From an uncultured Rikenellaceae bacterium (GTDB taxonomy: Bacteria; Bacteroidota; Bacteroidia; Bacteroidales; VadinHA17): a DNA stretch of 64,000 nt. Of this stretch, positions 17,240-26,713 are shown piece by piece; the first letter of the stretch is position 1; the number at the start of each line of letters is the position of its first letter. The stretch is taken from the NCBI GenBank assembly GCA_964638955.1, contig CAZWZQ010000008.1, positions 824 through 64,823 on the forward strand, read 5' to 3'. The notes below the pieces were generated by a model that did not search any database, had not been told where the DNA came from, and saw nothing but the letters and a program-made list of their open reading frames with translations. The position numbers and the translations under genes were made by a program.

Positions 17240-18504
17240 GTTTTCAGGTAATTGACAAGCTTCTCAGTAATCCTTTTCCTGTCCCATTCCTCTATCATGA
17301 ATTTCGTGCCGGTGCTTTCTGGTAAAATCCCTAAGAATTCTGACATACAATCAATATCGTAATACCCGAAAGTATGTCCTCTTCCTGACTCATTCAGGAT
17401 CTTTGCTGCATCTCCGTTTGAAGGTCCGAGACAAAGAACAGGATTTCCTGACCTGATATATTCAAACAGTTTCCCTGTAATAATTAATTCGTTCTTTGGA
17501 TGGTCGGGTATTACAAGCAGCAGGATATCTGATTCAAGCATATACCTTATTGATGAGCTATGGTCAGTATATGGAATAAACAACCTGTTCTTTTCTTCAA
17601 GATACTTTAAGATAAGTGATTCCTGGTGTTCGCTGATCTGACCAACGATCCTGAACAGGATATCCCTGCCGTTTATTTTTTTAAGGTCAGAAATAATCCT
17701 GAGAAAGCCTTCAACAGGATAGCTGTCGGAGATTGTGCCGACATAGGTGATAATGAAAAATTTGTCCTTTCTGCCCGGTACAAGTTCTGAAAAATCAGGT
17801 TCATCATACCCATTTGTCAGAATCTTGAATTTGTCGGCAGGAAACCTGATTTTTGTTTTCAGGAGTCGGGAAAGTGATTTGCCTACAGAAATGACAAGAT
17901 CGGCATTATCAATTACTTTTCTTTCATAGTGTTTGTTAAGCATTCTTACCGGAAGTGTCTGACTGAACATTTTGTAATAGTATATATCTGTCCAGGGATC
18001 TCTGAAATCAGCTATCCATGTGATTCCGGGAAATTTTTTCTTTAGCTTTAAACCTATGAGCTGGGTTGAATGAGGCGGGCTGGTTGAAATGATATTAGTG
18101 ATACCCCCATCTGTAATCAGGCCGCAGGCTTTTCGGTATGCAAACCTGTTCCATCCTCTTCTTGGATCGGGAATAAAAAAGTTACCCCTTATAAAACGTG
18201 ATAACTTACCCCTGAACGTGTCGTCTTTATTTTTTGCAAATCCGGCAGATGGAACCTTTGTTTTGTCGTTTCCATATAATTTGTACCAGTCTGTAGCTTT
18301 TGTCCTGTAGATTTTCAGACCCTCAGGTATCTCTTTTTCGAGAGAATCGTCAATGGCCGGATAAGCAGCATATTCAGGATCAACTGTAAGAATAACGGGT
18401 TCCCAGCTGTATTGCGGAAGGTATTTTGCAAATTTCAGCCATCGTTGAACGCCGGCACCACCGCCTGGCGGCCAGTAATATGTTATGATCAATACCTTTT
18501 TCAT
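17236..18504 (-). CDS. Glycosyltransferase (GT-B, GT4-like)
   Basis: The N-terminus (MKKVLIITYYWPPGGGAGVQRWLKFAKYLP) is typical of a conserved Bacteroidota GT family. The C-terminal segment is ITGKLFEYIRSGNPVLCLGP. The ATG lies 1 nt after the glyQS stop codon. Confidence 0.75.
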   Translation of the reverse strand: MKKVLIITYYWPPGGGAGVQRWLKFAKYLPQYSWEPVILTVDPEYAAYPAIDDSLEKEIPEGLKIYRTKATDWYKLYGNDKTKVPSAGFAKNKDDTFRGKLSRFIRGNFFIPDPRRGWNRFAYRKACGLITDGGITNIISTSPPHSTQLIGLKLKKKFPGITWIADFRDPWTDIYYYKMFSQTLPVRMLNKHYERKVIDNADLVISVGKSLSRLLKTKIRFPADKFKILTNGYDEPDFSELVPGRKDKFFIITYVGTISDSYPVEGFLRIISDLKKINGRDILFRIVGQISEHQESLILKYLEEKNRLFIPYTDHSSSIRYMLESDILLLVIPDHPKNELIITGKLFEYIRSGNPVLCLGPSNGDAAKILNESGRGHTFGYYDIDCMSEFLGILPESTGTKFMIEEWDRKRITEKLVNYLKT

Positions 18505-18505
18505 C

Positions 18506-20056
18506 CTAAAGTTTCCTTAGGAGAGTCGTTATATTGACCTTCTCAGCTATTATGTTTTTCAGTGACTTTATAGCTACCCTTTCCTGAAGCATTGAATCGC
18601 GATACCTGATTGTTACCGTTTCGTCCTGAATGGTCTGATGATCAATAGTTATGCAATATGGTGTGCCAATTGCATCCTGTCTTCGGTATCTCCTGCCGAT
18701 GGAATCCTTGTCGTCGTATTGGCAGTTGAAATCGAACTTCAGTTCATCAATGATTTTTTCAGCAATATCGGGCAGTCCGTCTTTTCTTACGAGAGGCATT
18801 ACCGCGAGCTTGACAGGAGCAATGAAGGCAGGGAGTCTCAGCACTACCCGCATATCTGTAGTTCCGTCATCTTTTTTAAGCTCCTCCTCGATGTATGCAC
18901 CTGCAATAGCATGCAGGAAGGTTCTGTCGACACCGATAGACGTCTCTATCACATAAGGGATATAAGATTCTCCTTTCTCAGGATCAAAATACTGCATCTT
19001 CTTACCACTGTATTTCTGATGCTGCTTCAGGTCGAAGTCGGTACGTGAATGAATACCCTCCACCTCCTTGAAGCCAAACGGAAATCTAAATTCTATATCC
19101 GTAGCTGCATTTGCATAATGGGCAAGCTTGGAATGATCATGGAAACGGTAATTATCATCCCCGAAACCGAAAGCTCTGAACCATTTCATCCTCACATCTT
19201 TCCAGTGTCTGAACCATTCAAGCTCGGTGCCGGGTTTAATAAAAAACTGCATCTCCATCTGCTCAAATTCTCTCATCCTGAAGATAAACTGCCGGGCAAC
19301 AATCTCATTCCGGAAGGCCTTTCCAATCTGTGCAATGCCAAAGGGGATCTTCATCCTGCCTGTTTTCTGTACATTAAGGAAATTAACAAAAATACCCTGG
19401 GCTGTCTCGGGACGAAGGTAAACCTTGCTTGCACCATCGAATGTTGAACCCATTTCCGTGGCAAACATCAGGTTAAACTGCCTGACATTCGTCCAGTTAC
19501 GGGTACCTGATATGGGACATACAATCTCATTGTCAATAATTATCTGTTTCAGGCCGGCCAGATCATTCTCATTCATCGCCTTTACAAAACATGCGTCTAT
19601 TTCATCAATCTTTGCCTGGTTTGCCAGTACTCGCGGATTTGTTTCCCTGAATTTTTTCTCATCAAAGGCATCTCCAAATCTTTGTCTGGCTTTTTCAATT
19701 TCCTTGTTTATCTTATCTTCAATCTTTGCCATATGCTCTTCGATCAGCACATCGGCACGGTACCTTTTTTTGGAGTCTTTATTATCTATCAGCGGATCGT
19801 TGAACGCATCAACATGTCCCGAGGCTTTCCAGATTGTGGGATGCATAAATATTGCAGAATCAACACCGACAATATTTTCATTTAGCAGGACCATACTGTC
19901 CCACCAGTATTTTTTAATGTTATTCTTAAGTTCAACACCGTATTGCCCATAGTCATAAACTGCACTTAAACCATCATATATCTCACTTGAGGGGAATACA
20001 TAACCGTATTCCTTGCAATGTGCGATCAGCTTCTTAAATACATCTTCCTGGGCCAT
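18506..20056 (-). CDS. glyQS: Glycine--tRNA ligase (class II, homodimeric GlyQS type)
   Basis: 516 aa. The N-terminus (FKKLIAHCKEYGYVFPSSEIYDGLSAVYDYGQYGVELKNNIKKYWW) and the RPETAQGIF motif are diagnostic. Confidence 0.95.
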   Translation of the reverse strand: MAQEDVFKKLIAHCKEYGYVFPSSEIYDGLSAVYDYGQYGVELKNNIKKYWWDSMVLLNENIVGVDSAIFMHPTIWKASGHVDAFNDPLIDNKDSKKRYRADVLIEEHMAKIEDKINKEIEKARQRFGDAFDEKKFRETNPRVLANQAKIDEIDACFVKAMNENDLAGLKQIIIDNEIVCPISGTRNWTNVRQFNLMFATEMGSTFDGASKVYLRPETAQGIFVNFLNVQKTGRMKIPFGIAQIGKAFRNEIVARQFIFRMREFEQMEMQFFIKPGTELEWFRHWKDVRMKWFRAFGFGDDNYRFHDHSKLAHYANAATDIEFRFPFGFKEVEGIHSRTDFDLKQHQKYSGKKMQYFDPEKGESYIPYVIETSIGVDRTFLHAIAGAYIEEELKKDDGTTDMRVVLRLPAFIAPVKLAVMPLVRKDGLPDIAEKIIDELKFDFNCQYDDKDSIGRRYRRQDAIGTPYCITIDHQTIQDETVTIRYRDSMLQERVAIKSLKNIIAEKVNITTLLRKL

Positions 20057-20195
20057 AATAACTTTTGTTGTTAAGATACGGAAGGCAAAAGTAAATTAAA
20101 AAGTTTGGTTTTACAATTGATGAGTGGATCGAAGCGATGATATTCGAAACACAAATTCTATTTGTATCTTTACACCTTTTACATCGATTAGCGCA

Positions 20196-21770
20196 ATGAA
20201 GAAAAGAACCGATTTTCTTGTTCTTGGTTCAGGGGTAGCCGGATTGACATTTGCCCTTAAAGCTTCAAAGTATGGTAAGGTATCAGTTGTGACAAAGGCA
20301 AATCTCATAGATACAAATACGCGTTATGCCCAGGGCGGAATTGCTGCAGTCTTCAGTGAACCGGATAATTTTGAAAAACATGTTCATGATACGCTTATTG
20401 CGGGTGACGGCTGTTGTGATGAAGAGGTCGTGAGAATGGTTATAAAAGAAGCTCCTGACAGGATAAGAGAACTGATTAATCTGGGGGTGCCATTCGATAA
20501 AAAGAGTGATGGCACATACGATCTTGCAAGAGAGGGAGGCCATACCGAACACAGGATACTGCATTATAAAGACAAAACAGGCGAGGCTATCCAGAAAACA
20601 CTTATGGACAGGATAAAAGAAGATCCAAACATTGATATCTATGAACAGCATTTTGCCATTGAACTTCTTACGCAGCATCACCTCGGGGAAGTTGTAAAGC
20701 GCAATTATCCTGAAATTAAATGTTTTGGCGCGTATGTTGCCGACCTTGTGAACCAGAAGGTCATTGCCTTCCTGTCAAAAATCACAGTTGTGGCAACTGG
20801 AGGAATCGGCAATGTCTATCTTACAACCACAAACCCGGAAATTGCCACTGGAGATGGTATTGCGATGGTATACAGAGCAAAGGGAACAATTGAGAACATG
20901 GAATTTGTACAATTTCATCCGACCTCTCTGTATGATCCCAATACCAGGCCGTCTTTCCTGATAACGGAAGCTCTAAGGGGATTCGGAGCTGTTCTGAAAA
21001 ACATGCAGGGCGAAAAGTTCATGAACAGATATGACAGCAGGGGATCTCTTGCGCCCAGGGACATTGTTGCCCGGGCTATCGATAATGAAATGAAAATATG
21101 GGGTGATGATCATGTATGGCTCGACTGTACACATCTTAATCAGGAAGGTCTTAAAGATCATTTTCCGAATGTTTATGAACACTGTCTTGCAAGGGGTATC
21201 GATATTACAAAAGATATGATCCCGGTGGTACCTGTCCAGCACTATTCATGCGGAGGCATTAAAGTGGATATGGACGGAAGGTGTAATATTGACAGGCTTT
21301 ATGCTATTGGTGAAGCCTCCTCAACAGGACTGCATGGCGCAAACAGACTTGCCTCAAATTCGCTTATGGAAGCTGTTGTATATGCGCACAGGGCAGCAGT
21401 GCACTCCTCAAAAAGGCTGAAAGAGCTGACTTTCGAGGAAAAAATACCTGTATGGGACTATAAGGGCACAACACATCTCGAGGAGATGGTTCTTATCACA
21501 CATAGTATTAAGGAGGTTCAGATGATAATGAGTAATTATGTAGGGATTGTCAGGTCGAACCTGCGTCTTGAAAGGGCCATGACACGTCTTGATATTTTGT
21601 ACCAGGAAACAGAAAGCCTTTATAAACGCTCACTTATCTCAAAAAAAATCTGTGAACTGAGAAATCTGATCAATGTAGGATATATTATAATCAAACATGC
21701 ACAAAACCGGAAGGAGAGCATAGGTCTGCATTATTCAATTGACTTTCCCAAAAAAGCAGCCAATGAATAA
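20196..21770 (+). CDS. nadB: L-aspartate oxidase
   Basis: The FAD motif DFLVLGSGVAGLTFA follows Met-25 of the track ORF. Also present are YAQGGIAAV, HPT and the GLHGANRLASNSLMEAVVY region. I take ATG 20196 because the 24 upstream codons look non-coding. Confidence 0.93.
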   Translation: MKKRTDFLVLGSGVAGLTFALKASKYGKVSVVTKANLIDTNTRYAQGGIAAVFSEPDNFEKHVHDTLIAGDGCCDEEVVRMVIKEAPDRIRELINLGVPFDKKSDGTYDLAREGGHTEHRILHYKDKTGEAIQKTLMDRIKEDPNIDIYEQHFAIELLTQHHLGEVVKRNYPEIKCFGAYVADLVNQKVIAFLSKITVVATGGIGNVYLTTTNPEIATGDGIAMVYRAKGTIENMEFVQFHPTSLYDPNTRPSFLITEALRGFGAVLKNMQGEKFMNRYDSRGSLAPRDIVARAIDNEMKIWGDDHVWLDCTHLNQEGLKDHFPNVYEHCLARGIDITKDMIPVVPVQHYSCGGIKVDMDGRCNIDRLYAIGEASSTGLHGANRLASNSLMEAVVYAHRAAVHSSKRLKELTFEEKIPVWDYKGTTHLEEMVLITHSIKEVQMIMSNYVGIVRSNLRLERAMTRLDILYQETESLYKRSLISKKICELRNLINVGYIIIKHAQNRKESIGLHYSIDFPKKAANE

Positions 21771-21785
21771 TGAACCATATACTAT

Positions 21786-21813
21786 GTACCGGGTACCTTG
21801 CACCTTGTATCAG
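21786..21813. repeat. 7-bp short-period degenerate tandem repeat (GTACCGG GTACCTT GCACCTT GTATCAG)
   Basis: Read directly in the 51-nt nadB/CPBP spacer. Confidence 0.7.
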
Positions 21814-21821
21814 TCTTTTGT

Positions 21822-22721
21822 ATGAATCATCTTGAATCTTCATTTACCGGGAAAAATGCTTTTTGGAGATATCTGATAATGCTGGCAGCTCTTCTCACTG
21901 CTACAAATACTATTGGTGGAATTCCGTTGCTGATTGCAATAGGAGTCAGGGCGTCGGAAAATCCAAACAACCTCACAGTGCTGGGTCTCGACTCAAACCT
22001 TTACCTCTTTACAATGCTTTTCCCGTTTTTCGTTGGGTTAATAACATTTATACTGCTCATTAAGCCTCTCAACCACAGGAATCTTACCTGCACAATTAAC
22101 GGTACAAACGGATTCAGATGGAACAGGTTTTTAATATCGGCATTAGTATGGCTTATAATCTCAGCAATCTATCTCTATGTTTACATCAGGCTTGAGCCAC
22201 TTAACTTTGAAGTAAATAACAGGTCAATAATCACCCTGGTACCTCTTGTACTGATGTCTGTTTTATTTATTCCCTTCCAGGCAGCATTTGAGGAAATCAT
22301 TTTCAGAGGCTACCTGATGCAGGGATTTGCAGTATTGGCAAGGAACAGGTGGATACCTCTGATTATGACATCCATATTATTCGGACTGATGCATATAATG
22401 AATCCTGAAGTCTCGGAATTCGGCTTCGGTACCATGATGCCGCAATATATCCTTTTCGGATTGATATTCGGTTTAATAACCATACTCGATGACGGTATTG
22501 AGGCCGCGATGGGTGCCCATACAGCGAATAACATCTTCCTGTGCATCATGGTCACAAATGAATCATCAGCGCTGCAGACTCCTGCATTATATCAGCAGAT
22601 TGAAATCAATCCCTGGGCCGATCTTATTTCAATGTTATTAATGGGAATACTGGTAATTTTTATCCTTGGAATTATCTTTAAATGGAAAGGATTTTCTGTT
22701 TTGCTGAAAAAGCTTGAATAG
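21822..22721 (+). CDS. CPBP family intramembrane glutamic endopeptidase (CAAX protease-like)
   Basis: Polytopic protein with EEIIFRGYL, FGLMH and HTANN motifs. I take ATG 21822 rather than the TTG at 21798. Confidence 0.85.
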   Translation: MNHLESSFTGKNAFWRYLIMLAALLTATNTIGGIPLLIAIGVRASENPNNLTVLGLDSNLYLFTMLFPFFVGLITFILLIKPLNHRNLTCTINGTNGFRWNRFLISALVWLIISAIYLYVYIRLEPLNFEVNNRSIITLVPLVLMSVLFIPFQAAFEEIIFRGYLMQGFAVLARNRWIPLIMTSILFGLMHIMNPEVSEFGFGTMMPQYILFGLIFGLITILDDGIEAAMGAHTANNIFLCIMVTNESSALQTPALYQQIEINPWADLISMLLMGILVIFILGIIFKWKGFSVLLKKLE

Positions 22722-22735
22722 TCAGAGAGGATTAT

Positions 22736-23749
22736 TTATTTACCATACACAGATGTAATATCACTGGTCCTGTAATCACCCCATTTCTTCCTGATATCTT
22801 CAAGGATGCCTTTTATTTCATTTACATCAAGGCTGGTCAGCAGTTTCAGCCTTGTTTCTTTAAAGTGAGGCAATCCTTTAAAATAGTTTGAAAGATGACG
22901 GCGCATTTCATAAATAGCACGAGGATCCTCCTTGAACTCAAGTGATTTTTCGAGGTGAAACAGGGCAAGATCAGTTTTCTCATCCACAGTGGGTTCGGGA
23001 AGCAGCTCACCTGTATTAAGGTAATGCTTTATATGTGTGAAGATCCATGGCCGGCCTACCGATGCACGGCCTATCATTATCCCGTCAACACCGTAACGAT
23101 CGAACATTTCTTTTGCTCTTTCCGGACCGTCAACATCACCATTGCCGATAACGGGGATCTTCATTCTTGGATTATTCTTTACAGCACCTATAAGCGTCCA
23201 GTCGGCAACTCCTTTATATAGTTGCGCTCTTGTTCTCCCATGAATTGTAATGGCTTGAATACCAGCATCCTGAAGCCTTTCCGCCACCTCCACAATATTC
23301 CTGTTCTCATCATCCCATCCCAGCCGGGTCTTAACGGTAACAGGGAGCTTAACGGCCCTGACAATGGCAGAGGTCATTTCTACCATCATGGGGATATTCC
23401 TGAGCATTCCTGCTCCGGCACCACGGGCTGCTATTTTTTTCACGGGACAGCCAAAATTTATATCAATAAGCTCAGGCTTTGCCTCCCCGGCAATAAGTGC
23501 AGCTTCTACCATGGCAGCTGTCAGGTGACCATACAGCTGTATCCCCATGGGTCTTTCAAAATCATGAATATTAAGTTTCCTGACACTCTTTTCTCCATCT
23601 CTTATGAGTCCGTCGGAAGAGATAAACTCGGTGTACATAAAATCAGATCCATGCATCTTGCACACCATCCTGAATGAGGGATCGGTGATATCCTCCATAG
23701 GTGCGAGAAACAGAGGATTATCAGCCAACGATATGCTGCCTATAGTCAA
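22736..23749 (-). CDS. dusB: tRNA-dihydrouridine synthase
   Basis: LAPMEDITDPSFR, DINFGCPV.K and ITIHGRT motifs are present. Length is 337 aa. Confidence 0.92.
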   Translation of the reverse strand: MTIGSISLADNPLFLAPMEDITDPSFRMVCKMHGSDFMYTEFISSDGLIRDGEKSVRKLNIHDFERPMGIQLYGHLTAAMVEAALIAGEAKPELIDINFGCPVKKIAARGAGAGMLRNIPMMVEMTSAIVRAVKLPVTVKTRLGWDDENRNIVEVAERLQDAGIQAITIHGRTRAQLYKGVADWTLIGAVKNNPRMKIPVIGNGDVDGPERAKEMFDRYGVDGIMIGRASVGRPWIFTHIKHYLNTGELLPEPTVDEKTDLALFHLEKSLEFKEDPRAIYEMRRHLSNYFKGLPHFKETRLKLLTSLDVNEIKGILEDIRKKWGDYRTSDITSVYGK

Positions 23750-23791
23750 ATTTGATGCGTGATTGGTTGATTATATGAGATAAAAATCGTG

Positions 23792-24493
23792 TCAGTGCTG
23801 AATGAAGTTTTCGTTTTTCCTGTAAAAATAAACCAGTCCGTATTCTTCACACTCTTTCTTTCGTACTTCTTCGGGAAGAGAGTTGCAGGTTGCTTCAACC
23901 TCATTCCAGATATTAAGTATTATTTTATCCGCCTCTCTTCTCATATCACCTAACCTCTCAGAGTAATCAAGGGTTTTCTTGGCAAGTATCTTATTATAAT
24001 TACTTGCTTCAATGAAATTTTCAAATCTCACTTTCACAACGGCAATAGTAGGATTAGTAATCGGGCTGCCACCCTTACGCAACCTGTACTCTTCTCCTTC
24101 AATAATTCTCCGGCCCCAGCTAATAAGCTCATTTTCAGAGTTCAGGGATGGGACTGTCGATTCATTGGTAGCCAGTCCATAATATGCTCTTGTTTCTGCA
24201 GGAAGATCACCACGGAAAATTGCCATGTTCATTACCCTGACGAAATGAGTCAGATAGATCCTTGCCTTTTTTGCTACCTCATTATAATCTTTCGATTTCT
24301 TATTCTGTGAGGCAATAGCCTGCCGCTGAAGCTGAATGCTATGCTCAAAAAGAGGGAGGAATTTCTGTAATTTCACTAATAATTTTGCTGAATAGGCCAT
24401 TTTGTTGGGAGGAAGTTCTTTTCCTCTGTCAAGAGCGGTTTTCATGGCTCTGATCCTTGCAGCATCGGTGTTAGGCAATCTCCGGTATGGCAT
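23792..24493 (-). CDS. Conserved hypothetical protein
   Basis: The coding frame is clean from MPYRRLPNTDAARIRAMKTAL onward. I recognise no domain. The start is placed at Met-23 of the track ORF because the preceding 22 codons are AT-rich promoter-like sequence. Confidence 0.6.
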   Translation of the reverse strand: MPYRRLPNTDAARIRAMKTALDRGKELPPNKMAYSAKLLVKLQKFLPLFEHSIQLQRQAIASQNKKSKDYNEVAKKARIYLTHFVRVMNMAIFRGDLPAETRAYYGLATNESTVPSLNSENELISWGRRIIEGEEYRLRKGGSPITNPTIAVVKVRFENFIEASNYNKILAKKTLDYSERLGDMRREADKIILNIWNEVEATCNSLPEEVRKKECEEYGLVYFYRKNENFIQH

Positions 24494-24777
24494 TGTGATA
24501 AAGATGTTAATAAGTTGTTGGCAACTCTTGCGAATATAACATATTTTTGTTAATAACAATCAGTATTCGCATTTAAATTGCGTTGATTATTAAAAAGTTC
24601 AAAAATATCTAATTCAGGCGTGTGTTGTTAATAACACTTCCACATATTGTATTATACGTAAAAACAGCTTCCGATGTTGCAGGAAATAAAACAAATCGAC
24701 CTGTCACGCTGTTTATTGTCTACTTTAAATAATGATATTAATTTAGTTGTTCGAACAAGTTCAGTAAATTTATTAAT

Positions 24778-25461
24778 ATGGGTCGTCTCTTTGCAATAAG
24801 CGATATACATGGATGCTTCAAGCCCTTCTATGAGCTGGTAGTAAAGGAAATTGACCTGAAAAAAGAAGACAGGCTGATTCTCCTTGGCGATTATATTGAC
24901 CGGGGGGGGCAAAGCAAGGAGGTAATAGATTTCATAATCGACCTTAAGAACTCAGGATTCAATATAAAAGTTCTCACCGGAAACCATGAGCAGATGCTTC
25001 TTGATGCCTATCATGACGAGATGAATGAATATCTCTGGTTCATGAACAGCGGAATGACAACCCTGGTAAGCTTTGGGATAGAAGATATACGTGAACTCGA
25101 CAATAAGTATTTAAATTTTTTTTCGGAGCTGGATTATTTTCTGGAATCGGGGAACCACATATTTGTTCATGCCGGCTTCAATGATAATATACCGGATCCG
25201 TTTTCTGACAGGCATACCATGGTATGGGAATGTACTCCTGTTTATGAAAATCCTGTACTCCGGGGAAAAACAATAATACATGGTCATCGTCCGAAAACGA
25301 TAGACCATGTAAAAAGAATCATAAGTAAAAATTCGAAAGTCATCCCGATTGATACCGGATGTGTTTATGACAAAGAACTGGGATACGGATACCTGTCGGC
25401 TCTTGAAATAGGGACGATGAATCTCCTTTCTGTTCCGAATGAATTAACATCAGGTTATTAG
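24778..25461 (+). CDS. Metallophosphoesterase, PPP-family Ser/Thr phosphatase (PrpA/ApaH-like)
   Basis: SDIHGC, GDYIDRG and GNHE motifs are present in the canonical order. Confidence 0.88.
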   Translation: MGRLFAISDIHGCFKPFYELVVKEIDLKKEDRLILLGDYIDRGGQSKEVIDFIIDLKNSGFNIKVLTGNHEQMLLDAYHDEMNEYLWFMNSGMTTLVSFGIEDIRELDNKYLNFFSELDYFLESGNHIFVHAGFNDNIPDPFSDRHTMVWECTPVYENPVLRGKTIIHGHRPKTIDHVKRIISKNSKVIPIDTGCVYDKELGYGYLSALEIGTMNLLSVPNELTSGY

Positions 25462-25489
25462 ATATCTGTTTTATCTGCTAACTGATCAT

Positions 25490-26581
25490 TCAATATTCAG
25501 CAAGTAAGCTGTATGCAAACCATAAGAGGGGCGCCTGCCCATGCAGATCTCCTGTTACTGTTGGACGTGTCAGGTAAAAATTCAGATCTTTGCTTTTGCC
25601 TGTTCCGACACAAACATTCCTGATTTTACCGTCCTCATTGATGTAGCCGGTTAAAGCATTCCAGGCTTTTTGATATGATTCTTTATATTGCTCTCCCTTA
25701 AGAATACCTTTTTTCACACCTACAGTCATTGCATAACCGAACATGGCTGTAGAAGAAGTTTCCTTAAAAGATTCTTTTTTGTCGATAAGCTGATTCCACA
25801 TTCCATCCTCTGACTGATAAATAATTAATGCATCCATCATTTTCTTATATCCTTTAATAATCGACAAGTAATAAGGATTGGATACTGGCAGTTCTGATAA
25901 AAGTTCAGCCATGCCGGCAGCTACCCAGCCATTACCCCTGCCCCAGTAGAAAGGTGAATTCTCTCCGTGAAAAAACAAGCCGTTGGATTGTTGTAGTTTA
26001 TTGATATACGCGTTTGTTTCAAGAGCAGCTCTTTCCAGATATATCTTTTCTCCTGTTATCCTGAATGCCTGTACCTGTAAGGCTCCTATCATCCATATAT
26101 CATCAATCCAGAATCTTGTCTGGTTTGTCAATCCGTCAGGTAATGGATCTTTCCACTGAATATCGGCAAGGTCAAGCCCCTGTTTAAGAAATCGTTGATC
26201 TCCTGTCTGCCGGTATAATTCAAGCGGTAATATCCCGTACACATTCACGTCTACATGATTCGCCGTATTGGTGATGTTTTCATTAATAACTCTTAAATAG
26301 CGGTCGGATAATTTTTGCAACCTGTTTTTATCGTTTAAAAGACCGGCAAAGCGTGATGCTCCAAAGCCTGTACAGGCTTCAGCATAATGAACAGCCTTTA
26401 CCTGTCCGGCATCGTACATCATGAAACTGTCCCTTGAAAGAAGATCATCGGTAACAATTTTCCCGATCAATTCAGGAGATCTGTTTTCTTGCATTGATAC
26501 TTCATTAATTGTCATATTATTTGACCCGGAATAATTTATAAGAAAACATAAGGTGATTGCGAAGAAATGAAATATACTCAT
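25490..26581 (-). CDS. Glycoside hydrolase family 88/105 (unsaturated rhamnogalacturonyl/glucuronyl hydrolase-like), secreted
   Basis: Signal peptide present, with motifs typical of the (alpha/alpha)6 barrel: RFWIDDIWM and WGRGNGWVAAGMAELL. Confidence 0.8.
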   Translation of the reverse strand: MSIFHFFAITLCFLINYSGSNNMTINEVSMQENRSPELIGKIVTDDLLSRDSFMMYDAGQVKAVHYAEACTGFGASRFAGLLNDKNRLQKLSDRYLRVINENITNTANHVDVNVYGILPLELYRQTGDQRFLKQGLDLADIQWKDPLPDGLTNQTRFWIDDIWMIGALQVQAFRITGEKIYLERAALETNAYINKLQQSNGLFFHGENSPFYWGRGNGWVAAGMAELLSELPVSNPYYLSIIKGYKKMMDALIIYQSEDGMWNQLIDKKESFKETSSTAMFGYAMTVGVKKGILKGEQYKESYQKAWNALTGYINEDGKIRNVCVGTGKSKDLNFYLTRPTVTGDLHGQAPLLWFAYSLLAEY

Positions 26582-26713
26582 AATGGATTATTATTAATTA
26601 TTGTTTTAATTTAAAAGCTACTATCATTAAAAGTATTATTTTTATCAGCTTAAATTATTAATTCTGTAAAAATAGTGTATATAAAACAATCATGATTCAA
26701 ATATTGTGGAAAG

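Noticed and set aside
19425-19952. Long antisense ORFs inside well-supported genes (for example 19425-19952 and 18638-19048 in glyQS, 28942-29589 in gntP, 31147-31581 and 31848-32291, 33165-33728 in sdhA, 39866-40321, 53030-53527 in dxs, 61171-61731 in the acylase gene, 15970-16416)
   Set aside because: Each is fully embedded antisense to, or out of frame with, a gene that has strong family motifs. Their translations are low-complexity or lack motifs. This is typical of shadow ORFs.
20124-20195. Upstream-extended starts offered by the ORF track (nadB 20124, sdhA 34613, dxs 53787, OmpA-like 53882 TTG, hypothetical 24559, DUF2807 50488, T9SS cargo 1696 TTG, CPBP 21798 TTG, FISUMP 38395 GTG)
   Set aside because: In each case the family-typical N-terminus or signal peptide begins at an internal ATG, and the extra codons are AT-rich, repeat-containing spacer. 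Shorter gene models were adopted, and the alternatives remain possible.
24652-24912. 86-aa minus-strand ORF overlapping the start of the PPP phosphatase gene
   Set aside because: It overlaps a motif-supported gene on the opposite strand. The remainder is AT-rich promoter DNA, and it has no recognisable motifs.
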